Origin: a virus
Lineage: Duplodnaviria; Caudoviricetes
Length of the DNA: 64,000 nucleotides
Strand: one strand, 5' to 3'
Virus record (IMG/VR): IMGVR_UViG_3300043765_000163
Span: 1,750-65,749 of that record
The position numbers and the translations under genes were made by a program. Shown in pieces: positions 1-8,745 of this stretch. The notes beneath the pieces are model-generated. The model made no database searches, was not told where the DNA came from, and worked only from the letters and a program-made list of their open reading frames with translations. Position 1 is the stretch's first letter. The number at the start of each line of letters is the position of its first letter.

Positions 1-515
1 ACTTTATTACCACTTATTCCACCGGAATACGTACCGAGCTCGCCAGTTTCATGATATTTCTTGTAATCTTCTTCCGACATGACTCCGCACTGCAATGTTT
101 TCTGGCTTAAGTCATAGTTGAAGATCTCACTGGCTAATAGCCAAGTTTCACTATGATCGCCGCTAGCCACACGATAAAGCCAGCGGTCCTTATATGATTC
201 CCAATCAAATGGCGCCGCGTCTTCATACTGCTTGGTTTGCGGGTTATAAACTTCGTACCATTCAGTGTCGCCGCCGGGCATATCCTTCCAACGTGGACCC
301 AAACTTTGTGGATCCATATCCAGCGGAAACCCGCGCGGTTCACTGATTGGTACAAATCCTTTTCCAGTTACTACTCCGGCAAACCCGGTTCCATTGCGAA
401 CATCAGCCAGAATCGCGAACAGGTCGTAATTCCGGTTGCAGTTTGAGGCGATAGCTGTCCAATGCCAGCCATCGTTGTCTAGTTTCTCGATTGCGATATG
501 GATGTCCGTACCCAT
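1..515 (-). CDS. Conserved phage hypothetical protein (partial; runs off the left edge; absent from ORF track)
   Basis: Manual translation from ATG at 515: MGTDIHIAIEK...RNYDLFAILADVRNGTGFAG...EPRGFP...GDHSETWL, open to position 1. The pattern resembles a widespread uncharacterised phage family. Confidence 0.8.
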   Translation of the reverse strand, partial: MGTDIHIAIEKLDNDGWHWTAIASNCNRNYDLFAILADVRNGTGFAGVVTGKGFVPISEPRGFPLDMDPQSLGPRWKDMPGGDTEWYEVYNPQTKQYEDAAPFDWESYKDRWLYRVASGDHSETWLLASEIFNYDLSQKTLQCGVMSEEDYKKYHETGELGTYSGGISGNK

Positions 516-530
516 AAAGCTTTTCCTTTC

Positions 531-1028
531 TTAGTTTGTTTCTTCTTTATCCAGTAACTCCGCCATCCAGCTTTCCATTTGATCTGATATCAGCTCCTGC
601 GGTTCCAGTTTAATTATCCGCTCGTTATAATCCCGCACAATGCCCCATTGGCGCCAGCGACGTTCTTTGCCATTGGTCGCTAATGCCATCACTACTTCTT
701 TGCGCGCTGGATCTTGACTGGGCCGCATATTAGGCCATGTCAGATTTTCGAAACCTTCGACCGGCGTTCTAACTGATAACCACGCTTCTGTTACCATCGA
801 GTATGCTACGATATCCCATTTGCGCATTGTCTTGCGCAAAGCGTATTCCGCTGCGTATTTTTCTTTATCGTTTTTCCAGCCGGCACTGATAATAAAGGAT
901 TTTCCTTTTCTACTTATCATGAGCCAAACTGGCACCAAACTTTTGCGATGTCGTTTAAGCAATATTTCTTCAGCGTAATCAGCTGCCAGCTGGAGCATGT
1001 CATCCAGATCGTAAACCGGCTCTTTCAT
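531..1028 (-). CDS. Hypothetical protein
   Basis: ORF track 531..1085; likely start MKEPVYD at 1028, overlapping the upstream stop (ATGA). Contains a VTEAW...RPSQDPARKEVV motif. Confidence 0.7.
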   Translation of the reverse strand: MKEPVYDLDDMLQLAADYAEEILLKRHRKSLVPVWLMISRKGKSFIISAGWKNDKEKYAAEYALRKTMRKWDIVAYSMVTEAWLSVRTPVEGFENLTWPNMRPSQDPARKEVVMALATNGKERRWRQWGIVRDYNERIIKLEPQELISDQMESWMAELLDKEETN

Positions 1029-1471
1029 TTCTGTGCCTCCAGAAATCGTCGAATTGCTTCCTGTTTTTTCGGACTCGGGCGCCATTTGCCGGCAATCCAG
1101 AAAGAGACGCTTGCTACGTTGACACCCAGATCCCGGGCTACGCTTGATCGGCTCTTTCTACCAGAGTCGATAAACAGTTTCAGTTCAGTAACCAGTTGAT
1201 CCACTTTATCCGGTTTTATCTCAACCGGCTCAGTCAGTTTGATCAGTTCAGCCAATTCCTTTTCATCCGGACTCTTGAAATGGACCATGTTGGTCGCATC
1301 AACATAGGAATCGCCTGGCAATTGCCACCACTCTTCTTCCCGGACAATTTCGCCGACACACCATTGCCACGTCGGACCGGATTTAGTTTTTTCGTAAGCT
1401 GCATCGGCCGATTCTCTGCTTTCGGCCTTGACAATTATCCGCAACAGGGCGGAATATTCATATCGTTTCAT
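1025..1471 (-). CDS. Protein with C-terminal XRE/Cro-like helix-turn-helix
   Basis: C-terminal RSSVARDLGVNVASVSFWIAGKWRPSPKKQEAIRRFL fits the XRE HTH pattern. Confidence 0.7.
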   Translation of the reverse strand: MKRYEYSALLRIIVKAESRESADAAYEKTKSGPTWQWCVGEIVREEEWWQLPGDSYVDATNMVHFKSPDEKELAELIKLTEPVEIKPDKVDQLVTELKLFIDSGRKSRSSVARDLGVNVASVSFWIAGKWRPSPKKQEAIRRFLEAQK

Positions 1472-1514
1472 AATACTTGTTTCTTTATACTTCGCCTATT
1501 CATTCCACAGTAAA

Positions 1515-1552
1515 AAGGCGCTGAAGCGGTTCCTTCCCGCTTTCAGCGCCTT
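1515..1552 (-). terminator. Intrinsic terminator (possibly bidirectional)
   Basis: AAGGCGCTGAA-GCGG / CCGC-T-TTCAGCGCCTT stem, with T-tracts on both sides. Confidence 0.75.
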
Positions 1553-1556
1553 CCTT

Positions 1557-1829
1557 TTAATCTGCTACCCAGCCGTTGTCGATTGCTTGCATACAGACCT
1601 TGATCCCTCCTTGGTCCAACAATTTCCCTCCTTCATCGTAAAGATAGAAATCGCCATCGTAAAATTCTAGATTGGCGAATTCCATCTTGCCTTCAACCCA
1701 GCGCTTTAAACAAAATACTGGGCCACCTGTTCGACTAACAAAGACTGCTCCCGGCCAGTCAATCGGATGTAACATCAGTTTGAGATCGCGTCCCCGGCGA
1801 TTTTCATCCCAGATATCACGAGAGTTCAT
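1557..1829 (-). CDS. Hypothetical protein
   Basis: 90-aa ORF in the tightly packed minus-strand early cluster. Confidence 0.65.
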   Translation of the reverse strand: MNSRDIWDENRRGRDLKLMLHPIDWPGAVFVSRTGGPVFCLKRWVEGKMEFANLEFYDGDFYLYDEGGKLLDQGGIKVCMQAIDNGWVAD

Positions 1830-2049
1830 TGCCTAATTCTTCCAGTCTGCGTTTATCTGGCGATAGTTGCCAAGTGTGAAACCGGGCTTCGATATCGCCT
1901 TTGCGCGCGTTATCGCATTCAGGATGGAACACCCTTATGTATTGGTTAGAGCCCACTCCATAAACTATCATGTTCTCTAGCCCGCTAATCGGCATCTCGC
2001 ACCAGGCGCACCGGTGCATATCCTTCGAGTCAAATGTCTTGGTTGCCAT
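1816..2049 (-). CDS. Small putative zinc-finger protein
   Basis: CAWC...FHPEC (CxxC...HxxC). Confidence 0.65.
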   Translation of the reverse strand: MATKTFDSKDMHRCAWCEMPISGLENMIVYGVGSNQYIRVFHPECDNARKGDIEARFHTWQLSPDKRRLEELGNELS

Positions 2050-2266
2050 CTGCTATTTCTTTCTTGGTTTGTTTAACATGCCGCTTGACTTCGTGCCCGA
2101 TAATGGCTGCCACCAGCTTGAACGCCCGATCAAGCGGTTCCTTCATATCATCCCTGATCCAGTGGCGTAACTTGTGATATGCTTCCTTGAATTCCTGTGC
2201 TGCTTGCGTTAATTCGCGCATCTGGCGCGTATGCCGTTCCAGTTGTTTTATTCGCTCTTCTGTCAT
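2030..2266 (-). CDS. Hypothetical coiled-coil protein
   Basis: Likely start MTEERIK at 2266, coupled to the upstream ORF. Confidence 0.6.
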   Translation of the reverse strand: MTEERIKQLERHTRQMRELTQAAQEFKEAYHKLRHWIRDDMKEPLDRAFKLVAAIIGHEVKRHVKQTKKEIADGNQDI

Positions 2267-2469
2267 GTTTCTTTCTCTATTTTTACTACATCCAGTCTTT
2301 CCCCGGTTAGTTTTTCCCGGATTGTCTGCCACTCTTCCATCATGGTCTGATGATAACGGATCTCCTCATCAATCACTACCTGCACCACTTCCTGTTGTTG
2401 CAGGGTTAGTTCTTTATCCATCTTAATTGATTCTATTAATGTCCGTTCCGCTGCGCGCAAGTGTTTCAT
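2263..2469 (-). CDS. Hypothetical protein
   Basis: 68-aa ORF with ATGA coupling on both sides. Confidence 0.6.
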   Translation of the reverse strand: MKHLRAAERTLIESIKMDKELTLQQQEVVQVVIDEEIRYHQTMMEEWQTIREKLTGERLDVVKIEKET

Positions 2470-2624
2470 ACGCTTTGATCGATATCTAACAGGATGACGA
2501 CGGCTCGTAACACCTTGAGCCGTGATTCTTCGCTTAATGGCAAGAGCGCGTTATGCATGTTGCGCATAGCAGCGAACTCCTGTTCAATATCATTGGTTGC
2601 TGGTTTCTCTGTTTCTTCACTCAT
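2466..2624 (-). CDS. Small hypothetical protein (52 aa, below ORF-track cutoff)
   Basis: MSEETEKPATNDIEQEFAAMRNMHNALLPLSEESRLKVLRAVVILLDIDQSV; its stop overlaps the next ATG. Confidence 0.6.
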   Translation of the reverse strand: MSEETEKPATNDIEQEFAAMRNMHNALLPLSEESRLKVLRAVVILLDIDQSV

Positions 2625-2641
2625 TTCTTTCCTTTCTCTTT

Positions 2642-3247
2642 CTAATAAGGCGGCAATCCTTGCGCTGTTCGTTTAAGGCGGGCCTGTAATACAACTTCCA
2701 TGTTGCATTTATCACAACATCTTGCTTCAACGTTATCTATAACCGGCATCGGGTTGTTGCCAAACCCGTGGCCGAACTCCTCATCAGAGTAAAATCGCTT
2801 GCAAATCGAGCAGAGATGTTTCTTGCTCTTGCCAGCTCCGAATTCTGTGAATGGTTGTTCCATCTGTTTCTTTTTCCTGAGCTCATCGGCTAATGCTCCC
2901 AAGTAATCCTGGATCATCAGTTTGAGCGCGTTTTGTACTTTGTCTTTCTGTTCAATCGGCACATCCTTAACCCGCATACCACGGGTGTAAGCAATCCCAT
3001 CCATGTGCAGTGAGCCGATTATGATTTCGTTTTCTGTTTCATCATTCCAAGAATGATAGAATCCTTCCCAAATGCACCAATCCCTTTTGTCAGCTTTCAT
3101 CTCGGCTAATAACCGTTCCACGTATGGGCGCCACAGCTCGTTGGATAACTCTTCGTTAACCAGCGCTATGAGCTCATCCTGATTCTGGAACAGTTCCAGT
3201 TTGTTCCGAAAGTTAGCCGGCAATAGATTGTCCAGCTCAATTCTCAT
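2642..3247 (-). CDS. Hypothetical protein with C-terminal Cys-rich zinc-binding-like domain
   Basis: CSIC...GNNPMPV...CCDKCN motif, common in small phage proteins. Confidence 0.7.
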   Translation of the reverse strand: MRIELDNLLPANFRNKLELFQNQDELIALVNEELSNELWRPYVERLLAEMKADKRDWCIWEGFYHSWNDETENEIIIGSLHMDGIAYTRGMRVKDVPIEQKDKVQNALKLMIQDYLGALADELRKKKQMEQPFTEFGAGKSKKHLCSICKRFYSDEEFGHGFGNNPMPVIDNVEARCCDKCNMEVVLQARLKRTAQGLPPY

Positions 3248-3510
3248 GCTGCTTCCGGTTCGCCTTGTCGGAAAATCCTTGTCTCAATTGTGACGTACTC
3301 GATCTTGATCAGATCAAGTCCGCAGATCCGGGACGCGATCTCTTCCACTTTATCCCGATCAACGTTATCTGGTACGCCCCGCCACATGATGTCGCGCACA
3401 ATCGGACCAGCCAAGTATGTGCCGGCATCGGTTGATTCAAATCCTAATTCGCTTTCCAGCGCGTCATCGTAAGCGCCGGGCCTGCCTTCGTAATAGATAC
3501 TTATGTTCAT
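3244..3510 (-). CDS. Hypothetical protein
   Basis: 88-aa ORF coupled to both neighbours. Confidence 0.6.
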   Translation of the reverse strand: MNISIYYEGRPGAYDDALESELGFESTDAGTYLAGPIVRDIMWRGVPDNVDRDKVEEIASRICGLDLIKIEYVTIETRIFRQGEPEAA

Positions 3511-3989
3511 TGTTCTTTCTGTTTCTGCTGTTGTTCAATTACATCCATGATATAGCTCTCCAGTAAATCCATTGGACCTAAATCTTTATGCAGTTCCGCC
3601 TTATTTCCACTAAACTGGAAATCCTTGTTCATCAACTCCTTTATCTCTTTCTTTTCCGCGTAACGTTGCCGCCTCCGGGCCAGCCGCTGCAATCGTTTAG
3701 CGTCTGCGCTGACTTGGGCCGCGAATAACTCTCGCAGTTCCGGGATCGCCAGTACCCAGTCCATTAATGACAACTTCACTATGTCCGGATGATATTTGTC
3801 CGGATCGCTTTCCGCTAACTTCGTTACCCAGCCCCAAAACGCTCGTTCTTCCTCGGTGAAAGCACTCCGTTCACGATTGGCAAATTTGCACAGCCGGCCA
3901 TGACAGTCTTCCGCTGTGCCCTGATAGATACACCATGTCCAGTCATGGTGTGACGCAAATTCAAGTTTCTGTTCGTTGGTTAAGTCCAT
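3507..3989 (-). CDS. Hypothetical protein
   Basis: Track ORF 3507..4037 starts inside a terminator hairpin; MDLTNEQK at 3989 is the more likely start. Confidence 0.65.
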   Translation of the reverse strand: MDLTNEQKLEFASHHDWTWCIYQGTAEDCHGRLCKFANRERSAFTEEERAFWGWVTKLAESDPDKYHPDIVKLSLMDWVLAIPELRELFAAQVSADAKRLQRLARRRQRYAEKKEIKELMNKDFQFSGNKAELHKDLGPMDLLESYIMDVIEQQQKQKEQ

Positions 3990-4028
3990 ATACAACAATT
4001 TTGTTTCTAGTTCCTTTAAAACACGAAA

Positions 4029-4060
4029 ACCCGGCATCCCCGCTTTCGGGGATGTCGGGT
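4029..4060 (-). terminator. Intrinsic terminator
   Basis: ACCCGGCATCCCC-GCTTTC-GGGGATGTCGGGT stem, followed by TTTT on the minus strand. Confidence 0.75.
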
Positions 4061-4087
4061 GTTTTGATAATTAGTTAATCTCGTTAA

Positions 4088-4393
4088 CTAATCGTTTTCG
4101 TTCGCTTGATATGCTTTCTTAGCCTTGGGCCGTAAGATAAATCGCTCTGGCTTGGCCTTTTTGCGATCACCGTCAAATATACTAATCCAGCCCGAGATAA
4201 CGTGACTGCAATGACAACGGAACAATTCGCCTAGATAGGTGAATGTTATGGTTGATCCGTTAACATGCGGATCACTCAGCCCTTCCACTCGCTTCATGCA
4301 CTGGGCAATCGCACAATGCCCAGGCGCGCCTTGCGTCGAGTTGTCAATGTCCTCTTGCGTGACATTGATTATCAGTTCTAACGGTTGTTTCAT
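4088..4393 (-). CDS. Hypothetical protein (VTxxDI...C-x-IA family)
   Basis: Likely start MKQPLELIINVTQEDID at 4393; contains HCAIAQC. Confidence 0.65.
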   Translation of the reverse strand: MKQPLELIINVTQEDIDNSTQGAPGHCAIAQCMKRVEGLSDPHVNGSTITFTYLGELFRCHCSHVISGWISIFDGDRKKAKPERFILRPKAKKAYQANEND

Positions 4394-4638
4394 TTCTTTT
4401 GCTTCCTTCTTCGTTTCTTCTGCTTGGGTATCGCTTTCTCGTCGGCTACTACTACGTTTAATTTGGGTAGCACCTGCTCCCATTCCAGTAAGTACCATGG
4501 GTGATCTTCCCGTAACCAGACTTGCCACTCGTCATGGACCAGCCCGGGTTTTATCGCCTTTAATTGTGCAAGCGCTTCAGTCTTAGTCTCCGCTTGCAAG
4601 ACCACTCGTTTGATCAGATCGAATTCGAATCTCCTCAT
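4390..4638 (-). CDS. Hypothetical protein
   Basis: 82-aa ORF with a basic C-terminus. Confidence 0.6.
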   Translation of the reverse strand: MRRFEFDLIKRVVLQAETKTEALAQLKAIKPGLVHDEWQVWLREDHPWYLLEWEQVLPKLNVVVADEKAIPKQKKRRRKQKK

Positions 4639-4885
4639 CGTTTCGATATACCTCTATGTAAAAATCCCAGCCGCCTTCCACATCATCGACTAACTTGATC
4701 CGGCCAAATGGATACTCTTCGTGTACCCGTTTGACCGCCTTGTCATACATGCTGACCGGATAACCCTTGGGCCGGCTGTACTTGCCTTCATTGGTCAACC
4801 GCCGGCTCTTGCCCAGCTTCTTGGGCGCTTCCCGATACTTCTCTACCCGTATCTGATAGACTATTATTACCCGTTTCTGTTTCAT
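4583..4885 (-). CDS. Hypothetical basic protein
   Basis: 100-aa ORF in the early cluster. Confidence 0.6.
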   Translation of the reverse strand: MKQKRVIIVYQIRVEKYREAPKKLGKSRRLTNEGKYSRPKGYPVSMYDKAVKRVHEEYPFGRIKLVDDVEGGWDFYIEVYRNDEEIRIRSDQTSGLASGD

Positions 4886-5126
4886 TACCTCCTTTCGTTT
4901 CTATCACTTGGATCGCTTCCACCCAATACTGGCTCTTCATTACCCTCGTCTGCCCATCCCACCAGTACATGATAAATCCGCCGTTAGGCGTCGGCATGCT
5001 CGCCGCCAGATGCTCAGCCGCCCACATCTCCGCATTTAATCGCGCACTCTTAGTCGGCCCCAACCGCTCCCATTGGTCGAGAGTCTTGCAGTTCCCACCC
5101 AGTTTGTACCGAATCGGCTCGCTCAT
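4788..5126 (-). CDS. Hypothetical protein
   Basis: Likely start MSEPIRY at 5126; the C-terminus overlaps the next gene. Confidence 0.55.
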   Translation of the reverse strand: MSEPIRYKLGGNCKTLDQWERLGPTKSARLNAEMWAAEHLAASMPTPNGGFIMYWWDGQTRVMKSQYWVEAIQVIETKGGNETETGNNSLSDTGREVSGSAQEAGQEPAVDQ

Positions 5127-5365
5127 TCTTGCGCCTCGCTTTTCTCTACTTCCCAATGTTCCCCTTGCCTGATTATGCCGAGTAACGTATCAATCCGGTC
5201 AATCGATCGTTGCGCACCGTCATGCCGAGGCCATTCACTCCGTAATCCCGCTTCATCCCGATCCCGCTCCTGCCTAGCCCGATAATAGGCCAGCGCATGA
5301 ATCAGTGTGATCTCTTCCACAGAATTAAATCGAATCTGCTTTATGTAATAATCGCTTCCACTCAT
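5123..5365 (-). CDS. Hypothetical protein
   Basis: 80-aa ORF, coupled to its neighbour. Confidence 0.6.
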   Translation of the reverse strand: MSGSDYYIKQIRFNSVEEITLIHALAYYRARQERDRDEAGLRSEWPRHDGAQRSIDRIDTLLGIIRQGEHWEVEKSEAQE

Positions 5366-5486
5366 AATCGCTTCTTGCCAAACGGCCGCAGCAAGCTTAA
5401 ATAAAAATCCAGGTTAGCCGATCGCTCCCGAACCGCTGCACTTAATCTTTTCTGCTTCTTCTGTCTCTTCTTCATATAAATAAAAA

Positions 5487-5517
5487 CGGCTGGCAACTCT
5501 GTTACAATTGCCAGCCG
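5487..5517 (-). terminator. Intrinsic terminator
   Basis: CGGCTGGCAA / TTGCCAGCCG perfect 10-bp stem, followed by TTTTT on the minus strand. Confidence 0.75.
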
Positions 5518-5536
5518 CTATCCTGTTTTCTTTCTG

Positions 5537-5785
5537 TTAGTCCTGCTTATCGTAATGCCGTAAACGACGATCCATCTCGTCCCGGTCATGCTCCCATCTG
5601 GCCCGATCTTCCCGAATCTGATCGTCCAGTTCCTGACTCCTTCTCTGGGCTTCCGCATCTTCCAATGCTCGATTGGCCCGATCTACATCAGATTGCAGCC
5701 GATCCAACCGGTCTTCCAATTCGCCAGCACTGGCACCAGCAACTAGCAACACTAGCCCCGTTATTATTATTAGTAACTGCTTCAT
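5537..5785 (-). CDS. Secreted or membrane-anchored coiled-coil protein
   Basis: Signal peptide MKQLLIIITGLVLLVAGASA followed by a charged heptad-like segment. Confidence 0.65.
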   Translation of the reverse strand: MKQLLIIITGLVLLVAGASAGELEDRLDRLQSDVDRANRALEDAEAQRRSQELDDQIREDRARWEHDRDEMDRRLRHYDKQD

Positions 5786-5912
5786 TTTTTAACCCTTCCA
5801 AATGTTGATCCCTTGCGCCAAAAATGTTAGTTCACCCTTGTCCGCTTCAGCATCAAGCTCTCGATTAGTGTATTCCTCCTGCCAATAATCCTGTTCTGTT
5901 TCTGTCATAACT

Positions 5913-6134
5913 CTATTCCTTAAAGTAACTGACCGCACACCAAATAGTTAGTATGACCCAGCCGACTAACCCGATTCCTAACATAGTTAGCTGCTGATCA
6001 ATCGGGTGCCGAGCTAACCCGTGGTCAAGCGCAAATGCGCTCGTCCCACACCAGCCTATCGCCCCAAATGTCCCACTAACTAACCAGCGCATCCGCTTAC
6101 TCACTTCAGTAACCCTACTTCCTCGCTCAGCCAT
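5913..6134 (-). CDS. Small membrane protein
   Basis: Two hydrophobic segments in 73 aa. Confidence 0.55.
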   Translation of the reverse strand: MAERGSRVTEVSKRMRWLVSGTFGAIGWCGTSAFALDHGLARHPIDQQLTMLGIGLVGWVILTIWCAVSYFKE

Positions 6135-6445
6135 TCCAATAGCTGCTTGAAACTGTATTCCAACAGCCCATCCCAGTTCTCTTGACTCATCCGCCGACGC
6201 GCCACTTTCCTCCCAGCTTTGCGCGCTACCTCCAGTACCCGTATCGCGTTCGCCACTTCCACTACCCCGCGATACCTGTACCCAAGGCTAATCGCTTCCT
6301 CAATCGCCTTGTCTAAGGCGCTCATCGGCACCCGACGACTCCGATCCGGTAATGGATCATGATCGTCTACGTATATCGGTTCAGCTTCCCCCTTCATTAA
6401 TGCCAGCCTCCCCACGCCCGATGCCCAATTCCCTGGTGACCCCAA
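6101..6445 (-). CDS. Hypothetical protein
   Basis: 114-aa ORF; start codon uncertain. Confidence 0.5.
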   Translation of the reverse strand: MGSPGNWASGVGRLALMKGEAEPIYVDDHDPLPDRSRRVPMSALDKAIEEAISLGYRYRGVVEVANAIRVLEVARKAGRKVARRRMSQENWDGLLEYSFKQLLEWLSEEVGLLK

Positions 6446-6604
6446 CTGCGACTAGTGTGCCAGCCGCCACTTGATCGATGATTCCCTCCGCCACGCGGCC
6501 AGGCACTCGCCATCGCGCATGTCGCCAGCAGAATCATCACTATACTTGTCCACTGTTTCATTTACTTGCTTCTCTTTCTATTTTACTGTCTCTTTATCCA
6601 ATCC

Positions 6605-7153
6605 ATGGGACGAACTCCTAAAATTGATTGGGAGCCGATTAAAGCTCTTTATCTCGCCGGTAAAACCAGCCGTGAAATCGCTCTTATTTTCAATATCAGC
6701 GACGCTAATATCCGAAATAAAGCCGGCGAATGCGGTTGGGGTAAACTTCGTAAGCAACTAGCCGCGTTACCCCCACCAAAAGATCCGAGTCGTGATACGC
6801 GTGCCCCAAAATCTGCGAATACGACTGTTGAACCATCTCAAGAGATAGGTTTTGGCTTGCAGTCGCAGGTTTCGAATGGCAAGGGAGAAAGCAACGACAC
6901 AATTTCTCGCGCAATTCGTCTACGCAACTCGGATAACTTTCGCGAACGCGTGATTGCTCAAGCTGACAAAGCACTAACAACACTCGAAAAGGCAGTTGTT
7001 AGTAACATCTTTGAGACTGATCGATTCGCTGAGGCACTTACCAAAGTGGAACGAATCGGCGCTCGCGCATACGGGTATGATCGCGAAGGCGATCACCCTA
7101 TCGTCAACATCGGAATCCTGGGTTCAGGTTCCGAATATGACATTATCGATTAG
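6605..7153 (+). CDS. terS: Probable terminase small subunit
   Basis: Likely start MGRTPKIDWEPIKALYLAGKTSREIALIFNISDANIRNKA..GW is the typical N-terminal HTH of TerS-like proteins; helical C-terminus ending PIVNIGIL. Confidence 0.65.
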   Translation: MGRTPKIDWEPIKALYLAGKTSREIALIFNISDANIRNKAGECGWGKLRKQLAALPPPKDPSRDTRAPKSANTTVEPSQEIGFGLQSQVSNGKGESNDTISRAIRLRNSDNFRERVIAQADKALTTLEKAVVSNIFETDRFAEALTKVERIGARAYGYDREGDHPIVNIGILGSGSEYDIID

Positions 7154-7310
7154 CTAATTCTTCTAGATCTAGCTGTAATTCTTCTTCTGTTAACTCTAAT
7201 GGTTGTTCCATGTTAACTCCCTGCTACTCCCTTTTTATTAACCTAACCTTGAACATCGTTAGGAAGGGAGCAGACTGGAATTTTACATTGAATGAATCTC
7301 CAATGAAAAG

Positions 7311-7332
7311 AGCCGAGCTTCCATTCTCGGCC
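7311..7332 (-). terminator. Probable terminator after the solitary 165-aa gene
   Basis: GCCGAG / CTCGGC stem, then CTTTT on the minus strand. Confidence 0.5.
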
Positions 7333-7357
7333 TTCTCTGTTTCTGTCAATCTACTCC

Positions 7358-7855
7358 TTAGATCTTCTCTGCGCGGACTTCGACTGTATCGAACTTCACC
7401 ACAATTCCGGCTGCTTCCAAGCGACGGGTCGAATCGAGATCGCCATTGACGGCGCCGCGATACAACTCGACAACTTCCGCCTCGGTCATTGCCTTGGTTG
7501 CCTTGGAAGTAAACCGAACCGAACCCGACTGAGGGCGGCCGGTGATCTTGTTGATCTTCTTGGAATATCGTGGCAATTCCAAGTTGTAGTTCTCGATGAT
7601 ATCGAAAACCGCCGCCTTGATTAAGGGGCGCAACTTGTTATGCATGATATCCTCCGCCGCAACCTTGATCTCCTTGGTGGTCTTGCCAGCATACGCTGGA
7701 AGAGTGGCAAGGTGATCCTTAATCTGGCGCATCGTCGCTTTGTTAGCGTCGATTCGCAGACCGGGCACAACTTCGGCAACCGCTCCCTCGATGGTTAGGA
7801 CTTCCTGAGCCTTCGGGGTTGCAATTACAACTGCCTTACTTGTTTCTTCTGCCAT
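7358..7855 (-). CDS. Hypothetical protein (stand-alone gene)
   Basis: 165-aa ORF flanked by non-coding DNA and followed by a hairpin. Confidence 0.7.
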   Translation of the reverse strand: MAEETSKAVVIATPKAQEVLTIEGAVAEVVPGLRIDANKATMRQIKDHLATLPAYAGKTTKEIKVAAEDIMHNKLRPLIKAAVFDIIENYNLELPRYSKKINKITGRPQSGSVRFTSKATKAMTEAEVVELYRGAVNGDLDSTRRLEAAGIVVKFDTVEVRAEKI

Positions 7856-8745
7856 ATAACTATCACTTCTAAGCTAACTAGTTGGTTGAGCCTATTGGCC
7901 GTTAGCCAGCCACTAGGCAGGACAACTAGCAAACTTCGATATGATCTAGTCCGCAAAAATCCAATCACGCCCGTACCTTCAATGTGTCACACACTACGTC
8001 AGTCACCGTAAGATGTTATTCTTCGCATCTACACGCCGCATCGAGTCACGACCTAGAGCCAAATGTGTTAGCTCGTCACAGAACCTTGTGGTTTAGCGTA
8101 TGTCCGTACCGAGAGTTAACCGGACAAGTCTCCGGACGCTCAGCCGCTAAAGGGGAAACGCTTCACAAGCATTCGCATTCGTGCGCCCCAATGCGTGGGC
8201 CAAAATTTCAATGAACTCGTGCCGCGATCTTTTTCGCGGCCGCCCTTATCCCCGACGAACATCGGGGGGACTTGATCAGGCTATCCCCGATCCATAGGGG
8301 CTACGGAATATTCGCCCCAGACGGCCCAGACCCTGGCCCCCACCACCCCTACGGGGGGCCGCGCGCGCGCCTGGGGCCCCATACCGATTGGAAGAAAATT
8401 ACAATTTCGGAATGCACCAAGGCGCGATAAGACGCGATGCATCTTATTACCTTGCGTTCAATTTTTACGCACTAAACGCAATACGGTAGTTAGTGGTCCT
8501 AACTATCCAGGTTCGTGCAAAATGCGAGTCTCTTGACTAACCAGTCAAGGACTTTTCAAAAAAAAACGATCGTTCCGGAACAACCGGAACAACCGGAACG
8601 ACATTATGATCGTATAGAAACATTGGGCGCAGGTCGGGTCTTTTTAAATTTTTTCGAAAAGAGGCGAGGTGCGCCCAATGCTCTAGGAGTTTTGTGAAGT
8701 CGTTCCGGTTGTTCCGGTTGTTCCGGTGAATTATCACTGGATTTT
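7856..8745. other. Long non-coding, hairpin-rich region (candidate origin, packaging site or genome terminus)
   Basis: No convincing ORF; several short inverted repeats, a GC-rich tract with a GCGCGCGCGC run at 8361-8370, and a 28-bp inverted repeat. Confidence 0.55.
8575..8726. repeat. Perfect 28-bp inverted repeat built from CCGGAACAA units, with a nested 11-bp inverted repeat
   Basis: 8575-8602 CCGGAACAACCGGAACAACCGGAACGAC is the exact reverse complement of 8699-8726; inner pair CATTGGGCGCA (8621-8631) / TGCGCCCAATG (8670-8680). Confidence 0.95.

Noticed and set aside
134-355. 73-aa minus ORF, and an apparent frameshift in the leftmost gene
   Set aside because: Recounting the A-run at 360-363 shows the 515-to-1 ORF is continuous; the 73-aa ORF is an out-of-frame shadow.
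8575-8726. CRISPR-like array
   Set aside because: Only two arms, inverted rather than direct, with no spacer series; no CRISPR array seen anywhere in the window.
8515-8737. ORFs with PEQPEQPE, RNNRNNRN and VPVVPVVP repeats
   Set aside because: These are translations of the 9-bp CCGGAACAA units on both strands, not convincing genes.
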